Shown here piece after piece: positions 9,957 to 18,488 of a stretch of 64,000 bases of DNA. Below the pieces are notes generated by a model, which made no database searches, had not been told where the DNA came from, and was given only the letters and a program-made list of their open reading frames with translations. The translations under genes and the position numbers were made by a program. The stretch lies in assembly GCA_038321985.1 (NCBI GenBank), contig JBBQFN010000003.1:64001-128000 (forward strand), written 5' to 3'. The first letter of the stretch is position 1; every line of letters begins with the position of its first letter. This DNA is from Cyanophyceae cyanobacterium (lineage in GTDB: Bacteria; Cyanobacteriota; Cyanobacteriia; Cyanobacteriales; Laspinemataceae).

Positions 9957-11642
9957 TTAACTCGCCATAATAGCCAGCAAGTTCCGCAGATTAGCACTAG
10001 CATATCCGACTTCCATTTGGGTTTTATTTTTGAGTCCTTCCGCTATTCCTTCCAACTGATTGATTAACTCCTCATATCCCCCACTTCGCATCACCAAGGG
10101 TTGCAACTCGGCTTTAACTTGTTGTACCATTTGGGGTTTTTGAGCAGCAGCTTTACCTTTTTTGCCTGAAGAAGTCGCTACGGCACCGAGATTGTGTTGG
10201 ATGAAAATTCTTAAATTTTCGAGTTTTTTAGTTTTCACCAACTGTTTAATCTCTTCACAGGCATTTTTCACTAATTTAGTGGTGACAAACTTCATCATCA
10301 AAGGTTGCAAGGTAAAGAAAATATCAGCCGCTGTTTCCTGTTTTTCAATTAAGGCGCGGCGATCCAAGGAGTCTAGGGTTTTCAACATCTCCGATAGGGA
10401 GACGGGTAATAACAGGTCCTCCCGTAAGCGGGACAAGGTAACCGGACTCCGCTCGATCGCCAACCAGTACAAAATCTCTTCTTCTGATGGAGACAAGCGA
10501 TCGAAGTGCTGCTCTAATAAATGAGTCAGGGTATCTTCTATAAATAACTCTGTCGCTTTCAGGAAGGTAGCGGGGTTTCCATTAAAAAATTCTTTAATGG
10601 TGGTGGCAATAATCTTATACGCTAAGAGATTATCTCCATAGCGTTTAACGAGTTCTACCCATTCTTTATCCGTGGGAGCTACTCCTTTATCCGCAAAGAT
10701 TTCCCGGGCGATTTCGTGAGAATCCATCGGTTGCAGGGTTTGGACTTTTTCCCCATGCAATAAGGCGATTTCGGCGGGTTCTTCTGTGGTGACGAGTAGG
10801 AAGCAGCTTTGATGATTGGTTTCCGCAATTCGCTTGATGAAATCGCGATAATTTTCAAAGCCTGGACGATAATTTCCGGCCAGTTCATCGCCCTTGAGTA
10901 AGGCATCGATATCGTCTAAAATGATCATGCAGCGATTCTTTTTCAAGAAGTCTAGCAGCCGCAATATTTTACCGCTGAGATCATCAGGAATATCCGGTTT
11001 CTTCGGGGTAGAAAGGGTTTGCAGGAGGTTACCGAGTAAGTCGTCGAGTTTTGGTGCCGCCGATAGGGACCGCCACACCACAAACTCAAACTCGCTTTCA
11101 AGCTGTTTAGCAATTTGTACGGAAAGTACAGTTTTGCCGATGCCAGTCATCCCTAAAAGAGTGACTAAGCGAGAGTTTTCATCGATAATTAATTCTTCTA
11201 GAATTTTTAGTTCTTCAGTGCGTCCGTAAAATTGAGATACATCTGGCGACTCACCCCAATCTTGGCGGCGGTTTCCAGTGGAGACTCCTTCGCTAGACTG
11301 TGCGGCGGGTGCGGGTTCGCGTTTGCTCGAAGTTGCGGCGGGTTCAGCTTTAGCTTTGGTTTTGGTTGGTGCCGGTGCTTCAGTTTCTCGCGCTTGGTAT
11401 TGATAGAAAAGCTGATGGCGCAATTCGGCCAGCTTACCCGGACCCCGCCCATAAATGCTAAATTTTCTGTAGACTTCGCCGAGTCGTTTCCGAACGGCAA
11501 TGTTGCTGATCCCTAGGATAGTAGCGATCGCAGCGGTGGAATTACCATCGAGTGCCATCATTACGGTTTCTAACTCGGCATCGGAAACGCCTCGTTCTTT
11601 CGACACTTCGGTTAAAAATTCGGGTGGAATTTGGTTAGTCAA
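9957..11642 (-). CDS. HTH + NB-ARC (STAND) ATPase lacking C-terminal WD40 repeats
   Basis: N-terminal HTH (IATILGISNIAVRKRLGEVY), QDWGESPDVSQFYGRTEEL, Walker A GMTGIGKT, Walker B IILDD. Confidence 0.85.
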   Translation of the reverse strand: MTNQIPPEFLTEVSKERGVSDAELETVMMALDGNSTAAIATILGISNIAVRKRLGEVYRKFSIYGRGPGKLAELRHQLFYQYQARETEAPAPTKTKAKAEPAATSSKREPAPAAQSSEGVSTGNRRQDWGESPDVSQFYGRTEELKILEELIIDENSRLVTLLGMTGIGKTVLSVQIAKQLESEFEFVVWRSLSAAPKLDDLLGNLLQTLSTPKKPDIPDDLSGKILRLLDFLKKNRCMIILDDIDALLKGDELAGNYRPGFENYRDFIKRIAETNHQSCFLLVTTEEPAEIALLHGEKVQTLQPMDSHEIAREIFADKGVAPTDKEWVELVKRYGDNLLAYKIIATTIKEFFNGNPATFLKATELFIEDTLTHLLEQHFDRLSPSEEEILYWLAIERSPVTLSRLREDLLLPVSLSEMLKTLDSLDRRALIEKQETAADIFFTLQPLMMKFVTTKLVKNACEEIKQLVKTKKLENLRIFIQHNLGAVATSSGKKGKAAAQKPQMVQQVKAELQPLVMRSGGYEELINQLEGIAEGLKNKTQMEVGYASANLRNLLAIMAS

Positions 11643-12569
11643 GGTTTCTAATCTTTACAAACGATACAACGTTTTTCATTATACTGTGTTTCTAACGGTT
11701 TGTTGTCGGCTTCTGGGATCGAGGGTCTAAAAATTTTTGCGATTTTAATCCTGCACCAATGGCGATCGCAAGACGAACGATACAAGGAGCAAAATTCCCT
11801 GGGTGGGACAGTCTCCAGGGACGCTATAACCGCTCCCCCCAAGGATTTCCAGCTTTAAAATTTTCTCGGTTCCTGTTTCTTTCTTCCGCTACTTGACAAT
11901 GTTTTGTAGATTATGCCTCAGCACTTTGAATAAAAAATCAATCTTCCTCCCTCCAGATATTCCCGTCACTCTAGACCAAACTTGATTCTTGAGAGATAAA
12001 ATTTTTCACCCCCTCACCTCTGGAGTCAGAGAACCGGGGAAAGATATTCTCGAACAGCCTCAATGACAATCACCCCTCACTCCCGTCCTGATGTTCTAAG
12101 GATGGAAACAGAAACCCGAGGAAAAATCAGCAAGTTCTACAGGGTCTTTTCCACAAACCCTACGAGATAGAATTGGTGTCTATCCCGAGGAATTTTCCCA
12201 TCTATACTTAGCGGAGCTGGGATATTTTAACACAAGAGATAGAAAAAAAATCACCCCGAGGTACGAAAGGATAAAAATAAGCGATCGCCCGCTAGTGAGG
12301 TATCCAAATGTTCCCAACCATCGCAGGAGGAGACAAAGGAGTTAACTATGCTTTGTGTTGCGGCAAATTTCAGGTATAAAGTCGCTAATAACAATCCCGG
12401 GGTTTTGACTGATGAACCCGGGGTTTTATAAAGTACATCCCTTAAAAATGCTTATTTAGGAAAAAAGGTGCTGGGGAATTCTTTAACAAAATGTTACCTT
12501 TGCTGAATCATGCCCGGATAGTCCGAGGCGCAACCCCGATTTAAAAGAATTCCCGAGTTTATCCTGATA

Positions 12570-13037
12570 TTACGGACGTTGGCTAGCGTTGAGACTGCGA
12601 ATAATCCAATAACTAATCGAGAGAGCAAAAATTGCACCCGCCAATCCTAATAAGGCAAATTCTGAATATTTTTCTAAGTCAAAAATAATAATTTTCCGGG
12701 CAACGGCAACCAAGGAAGTAACAATCACCAGTTCAACTTGAACGGTGTGTTTTTTCATGTAAGCTGTAATATTTTCTAAAATTTCCATAGAGATGAGAAT
12801 ATTTAGAAATAAGCCAAATATCTTAAATAAAGTATGAGTTAAAAATCCTATGGGTTCAGTGAAAAGGACTTGAACCAAAAATATAATTAAGTCAGCGACG
12901 GCAACCAAAATGATGATAATCATTAAAATTGATAACACTTTGGCGACTGCAATCTGAATTTGTTCGGTGATTTCTACAAAGTTATCATCTCGGAAACAAT
13001 TGCTAATTTCGTAATACCACCTTCTGAATCGTCGCAT
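12570..13037 (-). CDS. PsiE-family (phosphate-starvation-inducible) membrane protein
   Basis: 4 TM; EILENITAY, VIVTSLVAVARKIIIFD. Confidence 0.85.
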   Translation of the reverse strand: MRRFRRWYYEISNCFRDDNFVEITEQIQIAVAKVLSILMIIIILVAVADLIIFLVQVLFTEPIGFLTHTLFKIFGLFLNILISMEILENITAYMKKHTVQVELVIVTSLVAVARKIIIFDLEKYSEFALLGLAGAIFALSISYWIIRSLNASQRP

Positions 13038-13239
13038 CGTTTAGATAAGAATAAAAGGACTTAACACAGCCTGTATAGATCGGTTCAAATACAGGAGAAA
13101 GAACGGGCAAATGTTATCACAAAAGGGGATAAATTTCAGATTTATCCCACTATTAGCCTTACTCTATAAAGTTTAGGGTCGGTTTTAACTGATGGAGAGA
13201 CCCCCTAGATATTGTCTTTGCATTGGTTAAAAGACTCAC

Positions 13240-14073
13240 CTATACTCCTGCCGGTGCTTTACCTGTTAACACCTCCGGAGTTAAGACTTGATTGAGCTTA
13301 CCACTGCGATAACCTTCTAAATCTAGGTTAACATAAATGAAGCCTAATTCTTGAAAAGCCGCCACTAAAGCGGGTAAGTCCGTAATTAATACAAATTCCT
13401 TAATTTGTTCCGGAGGTAATTCAATTCTAGCACTATCTCCTTCTGAGCGAACTCTTAAATTTTTAAGCCCTAATTTTCGTAGATAGCGTTCGGCCCGACC
13501 GACTCTTTGGAGCTTTTCTACGGTAATTTCTTCCCCATAAGGAAACCGAGAACTTAGACAGGGTTGCGCGGGTTTATCCCACCAGGGCAAGTCTAATAAT
13601 TTAGCCAGTTGACGCACCTCTAATTTAGTGAGTCCGACTTCAGCAAGGGGCGATCGCGCACCCCGTTCTTTGGCAGCTTGAATCCCGGGTCTATAATCGT
13701 GCAAGTCATCACCATTAACTCCATCCACCACATAGGGATACCCCCGAGAAATAGCAAGGGGTTTGAGGGTATCATGCAGTTCACTTTTACAGAAATAACA
13801 CCGATTAACGGGATTGGCGGTGTAATTGGGATTCGCCATTTCTTGGGTGGTTACTTCTTCATGAGCAATCCCAATTTCGGCAGCTTGAATCCGGGCATCT
13901 TCTAGGTCTTCGGGAAGAAGAGAGGGAGAAACGGCGGTAACTGCTAAGGCGCGATCGCCCAGGGTATCGTAAGCGATTTTGGCAATCAATGTACTATCAA
14001 TACCGCCGGAATAGGCAACTAAAGCCCGGTCCATTTCGTGAAAAATTTGTTGGAGTTCTTGAAGTTGTTGCAT
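13240..14073 (-). CDS. larE: LarE-like ATP-dependent sacrificial sulfur transferase (PP-loop)
   Basis: AYSGGIDS PP-loop, RCYFCK, DYRPG, PCLSSRFPYG, LDLEGYRSG. Confidence 0.9.
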   Translation of the reverse strand: MQQLQELQQIFHEMDRALVAYSGGIDSTLIAKIAYDTLGDRALAVTAVSPSLLPEDLEDARIQAAEIGIAHEEVTTQEMANPNYTANPVNRCYFCKSELHDTLKPLAISRGYPYVVDGVNGDDLHDYRPGIQAAKERGARSPLAEVGLTKLEVRQLAKLLDLPWWDKPAQPCLSSRFPYGEEITVEKLQRVGRAERYLRKLGLKNLRVRSEGDSARIELPPEQIKEFVLITDLPALVAAFQELGFIYVNLDLEGYRSGKLNQVLTPEVLTGKAPAGV

Positions 14074-14133
14074 GAGTGATTTAAATTTAAAAAGAATTAC
14101 CAATCCGGCTAAAAAATCTTAGAAAATTAGGGT

Positions 14134-14907
14134 TTAAAATTCCCGTTGCGAAAAGATTAAATTAGCGATCGCCAATAGCAACAGGATATAAAATAAGGCG
14201 TAAATGAAATTGAAAATCAAGGTAACTGTATCGGGTAATATCCCGTAAACCGCTTGATTTTTAAGGTCTAAGCGGGATAAATCGGGTAAGATCAGATATA
14301 ACCCTCTGGTAATCGCCTCAACTGTGGGATTTTTACTCAATTCACCCGCTTGAACGATATCCTGGCTGAGGTGTCCCATTACATAAACGGCAAAGGTGAG
14401 GAGGGTCGCTAATAAAGAACTGGTAAAGACACTCAGGGCGATCGCCACTGCCGTGAGTAAACACAGTTCTAAAAATAAGTAAAACGCCGCCACTAGCAAA
14501 CTAAACAGGGGATACTCCACCTGCGATAGACTCATCAACCCTAAATATACCGCCATCGTCACCGTAATTAGCACCGCAATCACAGCACAGAGTCCAATAT
14601 GTTTGCCGACGATAAATTCGGCGCGACTAATCGGTTTAGCCAGCAAAACGAGAATTGTGCGATTTTCGATTTCGTTCTGGACGGGTGCGGTCCCCACAAA
14701 TCCTGCAACGATTAATCCTAAAATTCCGATCGCCGCGATTCCCAAATCAAGGAGAATTTTGTCCTCTGTGAGCACAGCATATTCGGGAAGGAGGCGCATT
14801 GCACCAATAAAAAACAACCCAAACACCATGATAAAATAGAGGACACGAGCCCGAATCACTTCCCAAAAGACATTGTTTGCGATCGCTAACGTTCTGCCCG
14901 GGTTCAA
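14134..14907 (-). CDS. fraE: ABC-2-type permease, septal/filament-integrity protein FraE
   Basis: EIENRTILVLLAKPISRAEFIVGK; third gene after fraC-fraD; TTG start with GAGGAGG RBS. Confidence 0.8.
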   Translation of the reverse strand: MNPGRTLAIANNVFWEVIRARVLYFIMVFGLFFIGAMRLLPEYAVLTEDKILLDLGIAAIGILGLIVAGFVGTAPVQNEIENRTILVLLAKPISRAEFIVGKHIGLCAVIAVLITVTMAVYLGLMSLSQVEYPLFSLLVAAFYLFLELCLLTAVAIALSVFTSSLLATLLTFAVYVMGHLSQDIVQAGELSKNPTVEAITRGLYLILPDLSRLDLKNQAVYGILPDTVTLIFNFIYALFYILLLLAIANLIFSQREF

Positions 14908-15048
14908 GCGCCACCTCCTCGCTTCAATTTCAACTTTTCTAGATTTTCCTATGAGCAAATTTTAAAGGAATAGGGGCTAAAAGGCAAGAAAAAATTTAAG
15001 GGGCTTGGCCCAGTCAATCTCCTAGAGAATAGAGCCTCCCTTTCTATT

Positions 15049-16038
15049 TTAATCGAAGCCTTGCCCTTGAGCTGGAATGGGTCCTGATTTAGGTTTGCTG
15101 GCCGGTGTGCACTCCAGTGTAGCCCGGGCTAGTGCCTCTCCAGGAGGGCGATCGCTTCCCCGTCCAGGTTGGTTATAGGTCCGGGAAATTTCACAAGATT
15201 TCTCTAGGTAAGATTTCTTAGAGGTTAAGGGCAACCCTGTCCAAACCGCAAATAAAGTGATGCCATATCCCGCTTGCCGCTGAACCAAACTTCCTTGGAG
15301 TTTCCACAATTCATTTTCGGCAATATTCGGTAGTCTTTTTTTAACTTCCTTATCTATCGAAATTCGCTTCTCTACCAATCCAGAAATAATTTGAGTTGCT
15401 CGCGGCCATCGTTGCCCCTCTATCTCTTCCCTTAAAAAAGATTCCATCGAGTTAATCATGATTTCTCCCCGGGGAACTTTCGGGGCTTCAATGCTCGTGG
15501 CGATCGCAAATGAACTGCGAGTAAAATCTTCACTTAATAAACTCGGATAGTCAATCAGCCACTGGTTGAGTAAAAATCCAAATTGCAACCATAAACTGAC
15601 CAGGACATGGAATAAAAACATCACGGTCAATTCTTTTCGGATAGGAATAGGAGGCCAGCTAGGTAAGATTTGTCCTCTAAAAAATTTAGGCACTGACCGG
15701 ACTGAGGCTGTCAGCAACGGCCAGGTTACCACCATCGCTTGATCCCGCCACTTGTAGGGTAAGTCATCCAACAATATAATACTCAGTAGCAATCCCACAA
15801 TCCAAGGTCCGATTTTTATACCGAATATTTTTATGGGTCGTTCCCATTGCCACCAAGCAGTTCCCACCACAAAAAATATCAATCCGCCCGTATGGGTAAA
15901 ATGATAGGCATTAAGAGCCGGGGGAACCAGCAGCCAGGAAAAGGCAGAGAGCAGCCAAGAAAATATGCTTAATAAAATGAACGTTTCCCAGCAAAAGGGT
16001 CGAGGGGGTCTGAGTCTATCGATAGAGTATTTGAGCAT
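15049..16038 (-). CDS. fraD: Septal junction protein FraD (DUF5357)
   Basis: PPRPFCWETFILLSIFSW N-terminus, 5 TM, WLIDYPSLLSEDF, periplasmic C-terminus with a Cys pair; operon context. Confidence 0.8.
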   Translation of the reverse strand: MLKYSIDRLRPPRPFCWETFILLSIFSWLLSAFSWLLVPPALNAYHFTHTGGLIFFVVGTAWWQWERPIKIFGIKIGPWIVGLLLSIILLDDLPYKWRDQAMVVTWPLLTASVRSVPKFFRGQILPSWPPIPIRKELTVMFLFHVLVSLWLQFGFLLNQWLIDYPSLLSEDFTRSSFAIATSIEAPKVPRGEIMINSMESFLREEIEGQRWPRATQIISGLVEKRISIDKEVKKRLPNIAENELWKLQGSLVQRQAGYGITLFAVWTGLPLTSKKSYLEKSCEISRTYNQPGRGSDRPPGEALARATLECTPASKPKSGPIPAQGQGFD

Positions 16039-16253
16039 TTTCCCATTTGAAAGGGCAGCGGATTAGATCTAGGGCATGGTTTCACGATGAGATCCAGGGG
16101 ACAACAAGTCAGGTTTCTGGCCCTTTAGGGGTGGCAAAGCCAGCTAATCTTTGTTAAAGAAACCCGGTTGTCTTCCCGATACTGTACCGACCCCCTAGAC
16201 CCCTGAGGACACTCACCGGGGTTTTAAATCGGTTTGGGGGATGAGTCCAGGAT

Positions 16254-16766
16254 CTACAGGTTTTTTAACCATAGCACCATTAAAATCACGCTATGACTGT
16301 AGGAATGACCCCATAATACAGCCATTGCTTGGCGTCGTTCTGGGGCTTTTTTTACTTTGCGGGTGTAATATCTAACATCTTCTAAGTTAAGTTCCGATTC
16401 TGGTTTGAGGGGGTAAGCTGAATCAACTATTTTATTTAATATGTTTAAACTAAGGAGTTTGAGTGAAAAATTGGCCCAAAAAAGGATAAACCCGATCAAA
16501 AAAATTAAAGAAAGGCCACCGTCTCCCAATTGATTTAAAAAAATATAGGTAATCAGTTGGATTTTAAGGGGGGGGGAGAGAAAGGGTTCGATATAAAAGA
16601 AAAATATCCAGCCTACACAAGCTGAAATTAAATTAATCGCCAGGGCAAATTCCACGCTGGTTTTCCGGCTGAGTTGACAGCGCGAATAGAAAACGGCCGA
16701 TTCAATGGCAACCGAGACGGTTAAAAAAAAGGTTTGAAGTAAAATAGTGGGCAGAGGAAGAAGCAT
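16254..16766 (-). CDS. fraC: Filament integrity protein FraC
   Basis: LPLPTILLQTFFLTVSVAIES, SRKTSVEFALAINL, AVLWGHSYSHS; first gene of fraCDE. Confidence 0.82.
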   Translation of the reverse strand: MLLPLPTILLQTFFLTVSVAIESAVFYSRCQLSRKTSVEFALAINLISACVGWIFFFYIEPFLSPPLKIQLITYIFLNQLGDGGLSLIFLIGFILFWANFSLKLLSLNILNKIVDSAYPLKPESELNLEDVRYYTRKVKKAPERRQAMAVLWGHSYSHSVILMVLWLKNL

Positions 16767-17049
16767 AACTCTCTTTTACTCCGATCTGGCCTATTCTACC
16801 CTGATATGGATGTAGTTTAGCGCGAGAGGATGACGCAGAGCGGGAAGATAGGGAGGATGCTTATAAGTATAGGTTTTTTAGTTTAACTTTGCTCGGATTC
16901 CGGTGCAAACCTCCTCCTGTTCCCCGGATCAGGGCCAGTTTTTTAAGAACCCAGACCCCGAAATTCTCTTCAATCTCCGGGGACTTAGGGAAAACGGGAC
17001 GAGAACTCTGATAATAAGAGGAGAAGGCATTCATACCATACTGGGATCT

Positions 17050-18183
17050 ATGACAAGAACTGGCATCGGCATTCGCACGGCTCAAGTTTCCCACGAGCGC
17101 ATCGTAGGTCAGATTCACGTTTATGATGGTGCGGGAAAGGGCAAGTCCCAAGCGGCCCTAGGAGTGGTGCTGCGTTCGATTGGCCTCGGAATTAATACAA
17201 CGCAGCAAAGCAGAGTGCTGCTGTTGCGGTTTCTCAAGGGTCCGGCGCGTCATTATGAAGAAGATGCGGCGATCGAAGCATTGCAACGGGGTTTTCCTCA
17301 TCTGATCGACCAGGTTCGCACGGGTCGGGCGGAGTTTTTTGGGCCGGATGAAATTACACGGTTTGACCGACTCGAAGCCCAACGGGGTTGGGATGTGGCA
17401 AAAGGGGCGATTGCCTCGGGTCTCTATTCGGTTGTGGTTTTGGACGAAATTAATCCGGTTCTGGATTTGGGACTACTCTCTACGGAGGAGGTGGTTCACA
17501 CCCTTCGGGATAAACCCGAACATCTAGAAATTATTGCCACTGGGCGATCGGCACCCCCTGCTTTATTGGAGGTTGCGGATTTACATTCGGAAATGAAGTC
17601 CCACTATCATGCGGGAGGGGTAGAAAGTGGCATTAGTGGGATTGAAATTTATACGGGTTCGGGAAAGGGTAAGTCTACCAGTGCTTTGGGTAAAGCGTTG
17701 CAGGCGATCGGCAAGGGAATCAGCCAGGACCAATCCCATCGGGTGCTGATTGTGCAGTGGTTGAAGGGAGGAAGTGGCTATACGGAAGATGCGGCGATCG
17801 CTGCTTTGCGCCACAGTTACCCGAATCTAGTGGATCATCAGCGCTGTGGTGGCGATGCCATTGTCTGGCGGGGTCAACAGAAAGAGATCGATTACGTTGA
17901 GGCAGAACGGGGTTGGGAAATTGCGCGATCGGCGATGGCTTCGGGACTTTATAAAACTATTGTCCTGGATGAACTCAATCCCACTGTTGACTTAGAACTG
18001 CTCGAAGTTCAACCGATTGTTGATGCCTTACTCCGGAAACCCAAAGATACAGAAATCATTATCACGGGTCGCTGTCAAAATATTCCGGCTTATTTTGATT
18101 TAGCCAGTGTTCACTCGGAAGTGTTCTGCCATAAACATTATGCAAATCAAGGGGTAGAACTCAAGCGAGGCGTAGATTTCTAA
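17050..18183 (+). CDS. cobO: Cob(I)yrinic acid a,c-diamide adenosyltransferase (tandem CobA/BtuR domains)
   Basis: Two P-loops (YDGAGKGKS, YTGSGKGKST), two LDE motifs, ends GVDF; ATG 17050 (MTRTGIG). Confidence 0.9.
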   Translation: MTRTGIGIRTAQVSHERIVGQIHVYDGAGKGKSQAALGVVLRSIGLGINTTQQSRVLLLRFLKGPARHYEEDAAIEALQRGFPHLIDQVRTGRAEFFGPDEITRFDRLEAQRGWDVAKGAIASGLYSVVVLDEINPVLDLGLLSTEEVVHTLRDKPEHLEIIATGRSAPPALLEVADLHSEMKSHYHAGGVESGISGIEIYTGSGKGKSTSALGKALQAIGKGISQDQSHRVLIVQWLKGGSGYTEDAAIAALRHSYPNLVDHQRCGGDAIVWRGQQKEIDYVEAERGWEIARSAMASGLYKTIVLDELNPTVDLELLEVQPIVDALLRKPKDTEIIITGRCQNIPAYFDLASVHSEVFCHKHYANQGVELKRGVDF

Positions 18184-18488
18184 CAGTTCTTTTGGGTTCG
18201 GCTTTTCGTCGGGATCTGGCATGGTTATATCCCGACGATTTTAAAATTAAATTTTAAAATAGCTGAGATTTTTTAGAATTTATGCCTTTAATTTTTAAAT
18301 TAAATATCTAGAAATTACCCAACTCTTTCTAACTTTTATCAGGGCTTTTTATTACTTTAAAATAGGCATTGCTATCGCTGCGCTTAAAGCCCGACATCCT
18401 CCAGGGGAAGACTCCAAACACGGTAGCTATGGCTGTAGCTTTTCTTCAGAGAAAATAAGTCTTTTATAACCGGATTTTGTACTACCGA

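Noticed and set aside
12395..12427. CCCGGGGTTTT repeated twice
   Set aside because: Short low-complexity hairpin/dispersed repeat with no array structure
17050..18183. Internal duplication in cobO
   Set aside because: The tandem-domain form is usual in cyanobacteria
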